From an uncultured Gemmatimonadaceae bacterium (GTDB taxonomy: Bacteria; Gemmatimonadota; Gemmatimonadetes; Gemmatimonadales; Gemmatimonadaceae), in the NCBI GenBank assembly GCA_963781585.1, contig CAWAGQ010000003.1, positions 318,036 through 382,035 on the forward strand: DNA of 64,000 nt, given 5' to 3'. Below, in pieces: positions 8,233 to 18,110 of this stretch; the first letter of the stretch is position 1; each line of letters starts with the position of its first letter. Under the pieces are notes generated by a model. It worked only from the letters and a program-made list of their open reading frames with translations. It ran no database searches and was not told where the DNA came from. Made by a program: the position numbers and the translations under genes.

Positions 8233-11200
8233 ATGCCCGAGACGCCGACTTCCCGATATCTCGAGGCCGTCACGGGTGGTGTGCTCATCTTCGATGGCGC
8301 GATGGGCACGAATATTCAGCGCCATCATCTCTCCGCGGCGGACTTCGGCGGCCGTGAGTTCGAGGGATGCAATGACCACCTCGTCCTCACCCGGCCCGAC
8401 GTGGTGCGGAGCATTCACGACGCCTTCCTCGCCGTGGGCTGCGACGTCGTCGAGACCTGCACCTTTCAATCCACGCCGCGGCGGCTGGACGAGTGGGGCC
8501 TGCTGGGCAAGCTGCGCGACATCAACGTCGAGGCCGCGCGCCTGGCGCGCTCGGCGGCCGACGCGGTCGCCACCCCGGACTGGCCCCGATTCGTCGCCGG
8601 ATCGATGGGACCCACCGGACTGCTCCCGTCGAGCAGCGATCCGGTGCTGTCGAATACGTCGTTCGACACACTCAGCGAATACTTCTACCAGCAGGGCAAG
8701 TACCTGGTGGAAGGCGGTGTCGACCTCCTGCTGATCGAGACGTCGCAGGACATCCTCGAGGTGAAGGCGGCCATCGCCGGCCTGGAGCGGCTGTTCGATG
8801 AACTCGGTCGCCGAGTGCCCGTTCAGGCGCAGGTGACCCTCGACACGAGCGGGAGGATGCTGCTGGGCACGGACATCGCCAGCGCCATGACTACCATCGA
8901 GGCGTTGCGGGTGGACGTCATCGGTCTCAATTGCTCGACCGGTCCGGAGCACATGCGGGAACCGATTCGCTTTCTCGCGGCGCACTCCGTCCGTCCGGTC
9001 TCGTGCATCCCCAATGCCGGACTCCCTCTCAACACGGGAACCGGTGACGCGGTCTATCCGCTCGAACCGGACCCGATGGCCCGGATGCTGGCCGAGTTCG
9101 TGCGCGATTTCGGCGTACGCATCGTGGGAGGATGCTGCGGCACAACGCCAGAACATCTCGCCGCGCTCGTCCGCCAGGTAGACGCCCTCGGCGTGCGACG
9201 CAACGGGAAGGACGTCGGCGCTGCGTTCCCTGCGACATCGAGGTGGCGCCCCTCGCCGCTCGTGCCGCGAGTGTCGAGCGCCATGCGCGCTATCACCCTG
9301 CACCAGGATCCTCCGCCGCTGCTGGTGGGCGAGCGTGTGAATTCGCAGGGTTCGCGCAAGGTGAAGCGCCTCCTCCTGGCCGACGACTATGAGGGAATAC
9401 TCGAGGTGGCGCGCGAGCAGGCCGAATCAGGCGCCCACGTCCTCGACGTCTGCGTGGCGCTCACCGAGCGCGGCGACGAGTCGGAGCAGATGGCGGAGGT
9501 GGTCAAGCTACTCTCGATGAGCGTCGAGACGCCGCTCATGATCGACTCCACCGAAGCCGACGTGATCGCTCGCGCCCTGGAACACGTCCCCGGCCGCGCC
9601 ATCATCAACTCCATCAACATGGAGAACGGCCGCAAGCGGATCGACGCGGTGGTGCCGCTCGCCCGCAAGCATGGCGCGGCGCTGGTGGCCCTGACGATCG
9701 ACGAAACCGGGATGGCGAGGACCCGACAACGGAAGCTCGACGTCGCGCGGAAGATCCACGACATCGTGGTGGGCGAGTACGGTCTTGCCCCCTCCGACCT
9801 CATCTTCGACGCGCTCACGTTCACGCTCGCCACCGGCGATGCGGAGTGGATCGACTCCGCTGTCGAGACCATCGAGGGTATCCGGCTCATCAAGCGCGAG
9901 CTGCCGGGTGTCCTGACCAACCTTGGCGTCTCCAACGTCAGCTTCGGCCTCGCGCCGGGCGCGCGCGCGGTGCTCAACTCCATCTTTCTGCACCATTGCG
10001 TGGAGGCGGGGCTCGACGCGGCCATCGTCAACCCGGCACACATCACGCCCTACGCCGAGATTCCGCCTGACGAACGCACGCTCGCCGACGATCTGGTCTT
10101 CAACCGGCGCCCCGACGCGCTGCAGAGATTCATCGAGCACTTCGAGACGAGCACCCGGGGGCGACTGGCGACGGACGGCGAGCGCGAGGATCCGACCGCC
10201 GGGCTCGGGCCCGACGCGCGTGTGCACTGGATGATCGTCCATCGGAAGAAGGAGGGGATCGAGGACGCGCTGGACGCGGCCGGCGTGCGTGAGGCGCCGG
10301 TCCGGGTGCTCAACGAAGTGATGCTTCCGGCGATGAAGGAGGTCGGCGACAAGTTCGGCGCCGGCGAGTTGATTCTCCCATTCGTGCTCCAGTCGGCCGA
10401 GGTCATGAAACGCGCGGTCCGACACCTGGAGCAGTTCCTGGAGCGCCAGGAGGGCTACACCAAGGGCCGGGTGGTTCTGGCCACCGTGTATGGCGACGTG
10501 CACGACATCGGCAAGTCGCTGGTCAACACCATCCTGTCGAACAACGGCTACACCGTTTTCGACCTGGGGAAGCAGGTGCCGGTGAACACCATCATCGAGA
10601 AGGCGGTGGACGTGAACGCCGATGCCATCGGGTTGTCGGCGCTGCTGGTCTCCACGTCCAAGCAGATGCCGCTCTGTGTACAGGAGCTCGACCGGCGCGG
10701 GATGCGCATCCCGGTGCTCATCGGCGGCGCCGCTATCAACCGCCGCTTCGGACGCCGCGCGCTGTTCGTCGAGGGCGAGCGTGCCTACGACTCCGGCGTG
10801 TTCTACTGCAAGGACGCCTTCGAGGGCCTCGAGACGATGGATGCGCTCACCGACGGCGACGCCAGGGCGCGCCTGGTACGGCGCGTCATCGACGAGGCGC
10901 GAGCAGACGTCTTCCTGCACGCCGCCGTCGGCAAGGAAACCCCCGGTGGAACCACGAGCACCCTGCGCAGCAGCGTCTCCGCGGATCATCCCGTGCCCGC
11001 CGCGCCGTTCTATGGCGCCCGGGTCGTTCGCGACATTCCGTTGGGCGAGGTGCTGGACCTGCTAGACCTGAACGAGCTGTATCGGCTGCAGTGGGGAGGA
11101 CGTGGCTCCGGCGAAACCTATGACGCAATGGTGCGCGACCTGTTCGAGCCCACGCGGGACCGACTCAGGGCCGAGACGCTCGCGCAGGGATGGTTGGCGC

Positions 11201-11898
11201 CGAGCGCCGTCTACGGCTACTTCCCCGTGCAATCGACCGGGAACGACGTCGTGGTGTACGACCCGGCCGCTTTCCAGAGCGACGGCGGGGCCCTCCGCGA
11301 AATCGCCCGCTTTCGGTTCCCCAGGCAGGACGGACGTGAGCGCCTGTGCCTCGCAGACTACTTCCGCAGCGTGGAGTCGGGCGACGTGGATGTCATTGCC
11401 CTTCAGGTGGTGACGGTGGGTGAGACCGCGACGCTGCGATTCGAGGAGCTGCAGAGTCTCGGTGAATACACGGAGGCGTACTACACCCACGGCTTCGCTG
11501 TCGAAGCCGCCGAGGCCCTCGCCGAATGGATGCATCGCCGTGTCCGGCGCGAGCTAGGTCTCGCCGAGGGGCGCGGCAAGCGCTACTCGTGGGGCTACGG
11601 CGCCTGTCCCGACCTCGACGACCACGCGCTGGTATTCAGGCTGCTGCCGGCCGTGGACGCACTGGGGATGCAGCTCACCAGCGCGTTCCAGCTGGTCCCC
11701 GAACAGAGCACTGCCGCGATGATCGTCCACCATCCGGAGGCGAAGTACTACGCCGTACGCGGCCAACCGGGAGAAGGGGCGGACGTACCGACCGCCAAGG
11801 CGGCAGACGGCGATCCGCCCGGTCTGACCGCTCGCGAAGCAGCCGGCACTGCCGCGGCCGCCACTGACGGCGGTTCCAGCCGGAAATCCGTGGCGTGA
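8233..11898 (+). CDS. metH: B12-dependent methionine synthase
   Basis: DGAMGT, GLNCSTGP, GGCCGTTP (Zn site), pterin domain GERVNSQGSR, cobalamin motif GDVHDIGK..IGLSAL, activation domain RYSWGYGACPDL..PEQST. Confidence 0.98.
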   Translation: MPETPTSRYLEAVTGGVLIFDGAMGTNIQRHHLSAADFGGREFEGCNDHLVLTRPDVVRSIHDAFLAVGCDVVETCTFQSTPRRLDEWGLLGKLRDINVEAARLARSAADAVATPDWPRFVAGSMGPTGLLPSSSDPVLSNTSFDTLSEYFYQQGKYLVEGGVDLLLIETSQDILEVKAAIAGLERLFDELGRRVPVQAQVTLDTSGRMLLGTDIASAMTTIEALRVDVIGLNCSTGPEHMREPIRFLAAHSVRPVSCIPNAGLPLNTGTGDAVYPLEPDPMARMLAEFVRDFGVRIVGGCCGTTPEHLAALVRQVDALGVRRNGKDVGAAFPATSRWRPSPLVPRVSSAMRAITLHQDPPPLLVGERVNSQGSRKVKRLLLADDYEGILEVAREQAESGAHVLDVCVALTERGDESEQMAEVVKLLSMSVETPLMIDSTEADVIARALEHVPGRAIINSINMENGRKRIDAVVPLARKHGAALVALTIDETGMARTRQRKLDVARKIHDIVVGEYGLAPSDLIFDALTFTLATGDAEWIDSAVETIEGIRLIKRELPGVLTNLGVSNVSFGLAPGARAVLNSIFLHHCVEAGLDAAIVNPAHITPYAEIPPDERTLADDLVFNRRPDALQRFIEHFETSTRGRLATDGEREDPTAGLGPDARVHWMIVHRKKEGIEDALDAAGVREAPVRVLNEVMLPAMKEVGDKFGAGELILPFVLQSAEVMKRAVRHLEQFLERQEGYTKGRVVLATVYGDVHDIGKSLVNTILSNNGYTVFDLGKQVPVNTIIEKAVDVNADAIGLSALLVSTSKQMPLCVQELDRRGMRIPVLIGGAAINRRFGRRALFVEGERAYDSGVFYCKDAFEGLETMDALTDGDARARLVRRVIDEARADVFLHAAVGKETPGGTTSTLRSSVSADHPVPAAPFYGARVVRDIPLGEVLDLLDLNELYRLQWGGRGSGETYDAMVRDLFEPTRDRLRAETLAQGWLAPSAVYGYFPVQSTGNDVVVYDPAAFQSDGGALREIARFRFPRQDGRERLCLADYFRSVESGDVDVIALQVVTVGETATLRFEELQSLGEYTEAYYTHGFAVEAAEALAEWMHRRVRRELGLAEGRGKRYSWGYGACPDLDDHALVFRLLPAVDALGMQLTSAFQLVPEQSTAAMIVHHPEAKYYAVRGQPGEGADVPTAKAADGDPPGLTAREAAGTAAAATDGGSSRKSVA

Positions 11899-12965
11899 CT
11901 CGCTCCGCCCTGCTCGATCGCCTTCTCCATCCCGAGTCCGTGGTGCTGTTCGACGGCGCCATGGGCACCATGCTGTACGCCAAGGGCGTCTTCATCAACC
12001 AGTGCTACGACGAGTTGAATCTTCGCGCGCCGGACCTGGTGCGCGACGTTCACGCCGCCTACGTCGCGGCCGGGGCCGAGGTCCTCGAGACCAACTCCTT
12101 CGGCGCCAATCGGGTGAAACTGTCGCAATATGGCCTCGAAGCGCACGTGGGCGATTACAATCGCGCCGCGGCGCGGGTGGCCCGCGAGGCGGCTGGTGAC
12201 GACCGATTGATCGCCGGCGCCGTCGGGCCGCTCGGCGTCCGGATCGAGCCCTACGGGCCGACCGGGGTGGAGGAGGCGCGCGCCTCCTTTGCGGAGCAGA
12301 TGGCGGCGCTGCAGGAAGGCGGCGCCGACTGCTTCATTCTGGAGACGTTCGGCGACGTGGACGAAATCGCGCAGGCGATCCTTGCGGCCCGCGACGTGGA
12401 TTCCGCGCTTCCGGTCATCGCCCAGATGACGATCACGACCGAGGGCCGAACCCCGTTCGGCGCGACCCCGGAAGACGTGGCGCGCCGGCTCGATGCGCTC
12501 GGCGCGGACATCATCGGCCTCAATTGCTCGGTCGGGCCACAGGGCATCCTCGAGGCCATCGAGCGGATGGCCCCGGTGACGCGCCGCAAGCTCAGCGCCC
12601 AGCCTAACGCGGGAATGCCGCGCGATGTGGGCGGGCGCAGCATGTACATGGCGAGCCCCGAGTACATGGCCACCTACGCGAGGCACCTGGTCCAGGCGGG
12701 GGCCCGCGTGGTGGGTGGCTGCTGCGGCACGACACCCGATCACATCCGGGCGATCGTGCAGGGCATCCGCCCGCTCGTGCCCAGGATGCCGCGACCCGGA
12801 CTCGGGTCACCGTCAGCCCCGCTCCGGATTCCCGGCAACCGGCTGCGGCCACTCACCCCGCCGGCGCCCCTCCCGTGCCCTTCGGTGAGCGGTCGCGCTT
12901 CGCGGCCCGACTCGCCCGCGGAGAGATGGTCACCTCGGTGGAGATCGTCCCGCCGCGCGGTGTAG
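11895..12965 (+). CDS. yitJ: Homocysteine S-methyltransferase domain; 5' half of a frameshifted bifunctional HMT/MTHFR (YitJ-like) gene
   Basis: DGAMGTML, ETNSFGAN, GLNCSVGP, QPNAGMP, GGCCGTTP. The translation degrades after ~12790, where the frame switches. Confidence 0.88.
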   Translation: MTRSALLDRLLHPESVVLFDGAMGTMLYAKGVFINQCYDELNLRAPDLVRDVHAAYVAAGAEVLETNSFGANRVKLSQYGLEAHVGDYNRAAARVAREAAGDDRLIAGAVGPLGVRIEPYGPTGVEEARASFAEQMAALQEGGADCFILETFGDVDEIAQAILAARDVDSALPVIAQMTITTEGRTPFGATPEDVARRLDALGADIIGLNCSVGPQGILEAIERMAPVTRRKLSAQPNAGMPRDVGGRSMYMASPEYMATYARHLVQAGARVVGGCCGTTPDHIRAIVQGIRPLVPRMPRPGLGSPSAPLRIPGNRLRPLTPPAPLPCPSVSGRASRPDSPAERWSPRWRSSRRAV

Positions 12966-13804
12966 ATGCCACGAAGATGCTGGCCGACGTGTCCGCCCTG
13001 AAGCAGGCCGGGATCGACGCCGTCAACGTCCCCGACGGCCCGCGCGCCCAGAGCCGCATGGGCGCCATGATGACCAGTCTGCTGATCGAACAGTCGATCG
13101 GGATCGAAACGGTCACCCATTACTGCTGCCGCGACCGCAACCTGCTGGGAATGCTCAGCGATCTGCTCGGGGCGTCGGCGCTGGGCCTGCGCAACATCCT
13201 GCTGATCACCGGCGATCCACCCAAAATGGGACCGTACCCCGACGCGACCGCCGTCTTCGACATCGATGCGATTGGACTCACCAACCTGGTGCGGAACCTG
13301 AATCACGGCCTCGATCCAGGTGGCAATCCGATCGGCGCACCCACCCGCTACGTCATCGGCGTCGGGTGCAATCCTGCGGCCGTCGATCCCGCCCTCGAGC
13401 TGCGACGATTCGAGTACAAGGTGGAGGCGGGCGCCGAATACGCCATCACCCAGCCGGTATTCGATACCGCGCAGCTGGAACACTTCCTCCGCCAGATCGC
13501 GCACGTGCGCCTGCCCGTCATTGCCGGCATCTGGCCCCTGGTGTCGGTGCGCAACGCCGAATTCCTCGCGAACGAGGTCCCCGGCGTCGTGGTACCGGAC
13601 GAAATCATCACCCGCATGCGACGAGCCAACGAACGCTCGCGCGAGCACGCAGTGGCCGAAGGCATCGCCATCGCCCGGGAAATGTTCGACCGCGTCCGGG
13701 GCTCGGTGCAGGGAATCCAGGTCGCGGCGCCCTTCGGGAAGGTGAATCTCGCACTGGAGGTACTCGCCGCGCAGTCGGTGGTCCCTGCCCCAGCCCCTGC
13801 CTGA
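12875..13804 (+). CDS. yitJ: Methylenetetrahydrofolate reductase domain; 3' half of the same frameshifted YitJ-like gene
   Basis: SVEIVPPRG, NVPDGPRA, HYCCRDRN, ITGDPP, KVEAGAEYAITQPVF. The frame is open upstream to ~12786 with a plausible linker (AATRTRVTVSPAP...). Confidence 0.88.
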   Translation: MPFGERSRFAARLARGEMVTSVEIVPPRGVDATKMLADVSALKQAGIDAVNVPDGPRAQSRMGAMMTSLLIEQSIGIETVTHYCCRDRNLLGMLSDLLGASALGLRNILLITGDPPKMGPYPDATAVFDIDAIGLTNLVRNLNHGLDPGGNPIGAPTRYVIGVGCNPAAVDPALELRRFEYKVEAGAEYAITQPVFDTAQLEHFLRQIAHVRLPVIAGIWPLVSVRNAEFLANEVPGVVVPDEIITRMRRANERSREHAVAEGIAIAREMFDRVRGSVQGIQVAAPFGKVNLALEVLAAQSVVPAPAPA

Positions 13805-13948
13805 CGGCCGTGGGGCGGACCGCCGTGGTTCCGCGACCGCCTCTCGTCGCACTATTCTATCGAATGCCGAGCACCGCCCCTGCCTGCCTGAGCGCCCGTC
13901 CCTTCACGGTGCCGTTACCCAAGCGGGCCCAGCGCGCCTTCGTCTGAC

Positions 13949-15118
13949 ATGACCGAGTCCGTGTCCCTCAGCCCCCCAAGCCCTCTCTCGCTGCTCACGG
14001 AAGACGAGGTGCTGTTCCGCGACGCCGTCGCCGCGTTCGCGCACGAGCATGTGCGCCCGCGGGTACGGGCGATGGAGGAGAAGGGGAAGATCGATCCGGC
14101 GCTGATCGCCGACGCGTTCGCGCTCGGCCTGATGGGAATCGAAGTGGAAGAGCGGTTTGGCGGAGCGGCTGGGTCGATGATGATGGTCACCCTTGCGGTG
14201 GAGGAAATCAGTGCGGTCGACGCATCCGTTGCGATCGCGGTCGACGTGCAGAACACGCTCGTCAACTATCCGATCAGCCGGTACGGGACCGAGGACCAGA
14301 AGGCTCGGTTCTTCCCGCACCTCACCACCTCCAGAATTGGCGCGTATGCGTTGTCCGAGCCTGGATCCGGATCGGATGCGTTCGGGCTGGCAACGCGCGC
14401 CGAACGGGACGGCGATCGGTGGCTGCTGAGCGGGCGGAAGATGTGGATCACCAACGGCGCCGAAGCCGAGGTGTTCGTCGTCTTCGCCAACGCCAATCCC
14501 GCCGCGGGCTACAAGGGAATCACCGCCTTCCTGGTCGAGCGGGACCGTCCCGGGTTCAAGGTCGGCAAGAAAGAGGAAAAGCTCGGCATCCGGGCCTCCA
14601 GCACAGTTGAGCTGATGCTCGATCAATGCGAGCTGCCGGATGAGAACGTCCTTGGTCCGGTTGGCCAGGGCTACAAGATCGCGATCGACACGCTGAACGG
14701 CGGGAGGGTCGGTATCGGCGCGCAGATGATCGGCATCGCACGCGGCGCCCTCGACGCCGCCGTCGCCTACACGAAGGAGCGGCAGCAGTTCGGCAAACCG
14801 GTCGCCGATTTCCAGGCGGTGCAGTTTCAGCTGGCCCAGGCTGCCACCGAGCTCGAGGCGGCGCGGCTCATGGTGTACAACGCGGCCCGCCTGCGCGATG
14901 CAGGCCGCGACATTCAGAAGGAAGGCGCCATGGCCAAGCTCTTCTCCTCGCAGGTGTGCGAGCGCGTGACGTCGCTGTGCGTTGAGCTGTTCGGCGGCTA
15001 TGGCTACACCAGAGACTTTCCGGTGGAGAAGTTCTATCGCGACGCGAAGATCGGAACGATCTACGAGGGTACGTCCAACATGCAGCTGCACACGATCGCC
15101 AAGCACGTGCTGGGCTGA
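13949..15118 (+). CDS. Acyl-CoA dehydrogenase (short/branched-chain type)
   Basis: YALSEPGSGSD, GRKMWITNG, EKLGIRAS, RQQFGK, FGGYGY, IYEGTSNMQ. Confidence 0.95.
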   Translation: MTESVSLSPPSPLSLLTEDEVLFRDAVAAFAHEHVRPRVRAMEEKGKIDPALIADAFALGLMGIEVEERFGGAAGSMMMVTLAVEEISAVDASVAIAVDVQNTLVNYPISRYGTEDQKARFFPHLTTSRIGAYALSEPGSGSDAFGLATRAERDGDRWLLSGRKMWITNGAEAEVFVVFANANPAAGYKGITAFLVERDRPGFKVGKKEEKLGIRASSTVELMLDQCELPDENVLGPVGQGYKIAIDTLNGGRVGIGAQMIGIARGALDAAVAYTKERQQFGKPVADFQAVQFQLAQAATELEAARLMVYNAARLRDAGRDIQKEGAMAKLFSSQVCERVTSLCVELFGGYGYTRDFPVEKFYRDAKIGTIYEGTSNMQLHTIAKHVLG

Positions 15119-15164
15119 TAGCGACGGTCTGGCCGGCTCCCGTCATGCGACGGTCGATCGAGCG

Positions 15165-16883
15165 TCAGCGTCCCCGCACCGACCATGGCAGCCGGCGGCG
15201 CTGTACCTTGGCATCGAGCACCGTGAGATCACCCAGGGCATTGATGGTGTGCACGCCGCGCAGACCTGGCGCCCAGTGCGGAAGCAGGTGCGCCACTGGC
15301 TCCTCGACGTATTCACGTTCGTCAAGGGTAACGATGCGTTGGAGGCTCAGCCCGGACCCGTACCCGCGGGAGGAATCCTGGGCGGGTCGGTACCACCTGC
15401 CCCCTCGCTCGAAGAGTCCGCCCGCAGGACGAGAGCTCCGAACGTCACTGACTACCGGATTTCTCCGATGCGGAGTCCAGGGTCCGAGCGGCGAGTCGCC
15501 GAAGAAGACGTGTAACTCATTGGCCAGCGACCCGCAGCCCGCCTCGGCGTTCGCGAACAGCCACCACCGATTGCCGATCAAGGCGAGCGTGGAATCAACC
15601 AGCACTCTATCATCGAAAAACACGGTTTCAAGCGTCCAGTCGGTCGGGAAGCGCACCGCCCGGTACACTTCCACCCGCCGGGCCGCGCCAGATTCCGGCA
15701 GCAGGAAGTGCGCGCCGCGCCAGGTGAACAGGAACGGATATGACAGATGATGGGGCTCCCGCAGCACTGGCTCAGGGACACCGACGGGGCCCTTCTCGCC
15801 CAGCTCGAGCAGGGCGATGTGTCCCTTGCCGCTTCCGTAGATGTATTCCTCCAGAAAGACGAAATCCCGTCCTTCGTGCCGTGCCGGAAACGGGTCCGCC
15901 CAGAATCGGTCAGCCGGAGGCATGATGAGAGTGAACCGATATGGCACCATTTCCGGCTCCCGAGAGTCCGCGGTCCGACCTTTCCGGCGTGCCCAGGCCA
16001 GGAACCATTGCTGGTACCCGAATCGATCGCTCCACTGCGCGCCCGCATATCGGCGGGCGAGGCGAGCGAGATGCGGGACCAGCTCGCGATTCGTCGGCAC
16101 CCGGTATAGAGGTGTGTCGTATGTGACTGGATCGATGGAACGGGCGTCGTCCTCCTCCAGCGCCTTGGAGCCATCGACCGCCGCATCGCGCAGCTTTCGC
16201 GACAGAAACTCCGCACTCCGCCAGTAGAGATCCCGTCGGTTTCGGTTGACGGAGTACCGATTCGTCGCGCCGCTCGATCGATAGATGACCCGCCCGTCAT
16301 CCAGGTCCTCGGTGAGCACCTGAAGCACGGTCCCGGTGGTGGGTTGATCAAGCATCACTTCCCAGAAACCGGCAGGTCCGCCCCGATTCACGCGGTTGTC
16401 GCCGTGATGATAGGACCACACGCCATACCGTGCAGCCGAGAGCACCCGGCCACGCAGGATCCTGAATCCGAATCGAACCAGCACGTCGAGATCTGCGTCG
16501 CGAATCGCGTCGACATCGGTGTCCGACAGGTAGTCCGAGAACCGGGTCATGCGCGGGACAACGTCGAGCAGCGGGACGCCGGCCGCCAACTCTCCCAGCG
16601 GTCGGTAGGCGAAGGGATCGTCATTCGTACCAAACCACCAGTTGTCGATGCGCCGGTAGAGTGCATGCAGCAGGTAGCGACGGTTGCGGTACACCGCACG
16701 CACGCGCGCCGAGGCTCCACCGCGCGCTGGGGCAACCGGCGCCGCATTCCGCACTATGAGTCCGACCCGGGACGTACCCGCCTCGACCGTCCGCTCCATC
16801 GCGCGAATGACCCACGCCGGCTGATCGAGAGAGTCCACAAGCAGACCGATGCGCAGCGGCTCTGGCCGCAGGGACACTGTCAC
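15165..16883 (-). CDS. GINT1-like (glucosamine inositolphosphorylceramide transferase family) protein: formyltransferase-like N-domain plus GH43-like beta-propeller
   Basis: DVLVRFGFRILRG..GVWSYHHGD..RGGPAGFWE; C-terminal FWADPF, HHLSYPF, PWTPH..NPV..RPAG, RPAQD..YG, GVHT. Confidence 0.8.
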   Translation of the reverse strand: MTVSLRPEPLRIGLLVDSLDQPAWVIRAMERTVEAGTSRVGLIVRNAAPVAPARGGASARVRAVYRNRRYLLHALYRRIDNWWFGTNDDPFAYRPLGELAAGVPLLDVVPRMTRFSDYLSDTDVDAIRDADLDVLVRFGFRILRGRVLSAARYGVWSYHHGDNRVNRGGPAGFWEVMLDQPTTGTVLQVLTEDLDDGRVIYRSSGATNRYSVNRNRRDLYWRSAEFLSRKLRDAAVDGSKALEEDDARSIDPVTYDTPLYRVPTNRELVPHLARLARRYAGAQWSDRFGYQQWFLAWARRKGRTADSREPEMVPYRFTLIMPPADRFWADPFPARHEGRDFVFLEEYIYGSGKGHIALLELGEKGPVGVPEPVLREPHHLSYPFLFTWRGAHFLLPESGAARRVEVYRAVRFPTDWTLETVFFDDRVLVDSTLALIGNRWWLFANAEAGCGSLANELHVFFGDSPLGPWTPHRRNPVVSDVRSSRPAGGLFERGGRWYRPAQDSSRGYGSGLSLQRIVTLDEREYVEEPVAHLLPHWAPGLRGVHTINALGDLTVLDAKVQRRRLPWSVRGR

Positions 16884-17174
16884 TGGCAGGTCGGCTCGAA
16901 TGATCCCGGGTACCTGGAGGGATGATGCTCGGCAAGTTTACTGAACCGGCGAAGAGTCATTCGAGCTGATGGCGAATACGCCAGGCTGGAGCTCAGGACG
17001 TGTCGGCGGTCCCAGACGCGCCACGAGGGCCGGTGCGCGGAATGTACGGGACCGAGGAAACGTCGGCAACGCGACGCATCCCGACGGGACGACCTGCCCC
17101 AGAAAACCGGCGTTGCGGGGCCCTGGTCCTCCGTACATCGTCCGGGCGGTTCTCTCTTCTCCTCGCGAAGTCCT

Positions 17175-17540
17175 GTGACGCCCTCCCCCGATCCAACTGC
17201 CACGTCACGCGCTGAACAGACGCAGGCCGCGATCGCGCATTGGGAGAAGAATCGCGCCATGGGTCGCACCGACTTCATCTTTCGTCGCGGCGTGATCGGC
17301 TGGGGCATTCCCGCTGCCGTTCTCACGATCGCCTACAAGATCGTTCAGGAACAGGGATTGCGGACTGCTCCGCACATGACGGACACCCTGCGCACTGCCG
17401 TCGTCGTGGCGGTCGTGGTCTTCCCCCTCTGCGGCTGGCTCTTCGGAAGGTGGCTCTGGAGCACCGGCGAGGCGCGATATCGATCGATGGTGGGATTTGA
17501 CCGCGCGGCGCGAACCGGCGCGCCGGGGCCCGGCGCCTGA
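17175..17540 (+). CDS. Hypothetical two-TM membrane protein
   Basis: WEKNRAMGR..FIFRRGVIGWG, two hydrophobic segments, W..GEARY end; fills the gap before the DinB gene. Confidence 0.75.
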   Translation: MTPSPDPTATSRAEQTQAAIAHWEKNRAMGRTDFIFRRGVIGWGIPAAVLTIAYKIVQEQGLRTAPHMTDTLRTAVVVAVVVFPLCGWLFGRWLWSTGEARYRSMVGFDRAARTGAPGPGA

Positions 17541-17592
17541 CGCGTCGCATCACTCCCGTTATCGCTCCGTCCCCGGGCCGGAATCCACAGGC

Positions 17593-18087
17593 ATGAACAC
17601 CGAGGTCACGCGGATCCGCGGCGAACTGCAGCGCATGTATCAGGGGCCGGCGTGGCATGGCCCCAGCCTTCGCGAGGCATTGCAGGACGTCGGCGCGAGA
17701 GAGGCCGCAGCGCGTCCGCTCCCCGGTGCGCATTCGATCTACGAGCTGACGCATCACGTCGCCGCCTGGATCGACGAGGTGCGGTCCCGTCTGCTCGGGT
17801 CGCCGCCCGGCCAGCCGGCCTTCGGGGACTGGCCGCCGGCAAGTCTCCGCGTCGATGATGCGGCGTGGCGTGCCGTGCACGACCGCCTCGACGCCGTGCA
17901 CGCTGCGTTGATGGAAACGCTGACCACGTTCGAAGATGTGCGCCTGCAGCAGACGTACCCGTCGGTCGATTCCACCGCGCCCGGTGTGGTGACGTTTTAC
18001 GTCCTGCTCCACGGCTTGGTCCAGCACAACGCCTACCACGCCGGCCAGATGGTGTTGCTCCGAAATGCGCTGAGGCGGGGCACCTGA
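17593..18087 (+). CDS. DinB family protein
   Basis: GPAWHGPSL, HSIYELTHH, QHNAYHAGQ His triad. Confidence 0.9.
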   Translation: MNTEVTRIRGELQRMYQGPAWHGPSLREALQDVGAREAAARPLPGAHSIYELTHHVAAWIDEVRSRLLGSPPGQPAFGDWPPASLRVDDAAWRAVHDRLDAVHAALMETLTTFEDVRLQQTYPSVDSTAPGVVTFYVLLHGLVQHNAYHAGQMVLLRNALRRGT

Positions 18088-18110
18088 ACGCCGGGCCCCG
18101 AAGGCGCCGC

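Noticed and set aside
12770..12880. Programmed ribosomal frameshift in the yitJ-like gene
   Set aside because: No slippery heptamer is visible; a second unrelated indel in tolC points to assembly error.
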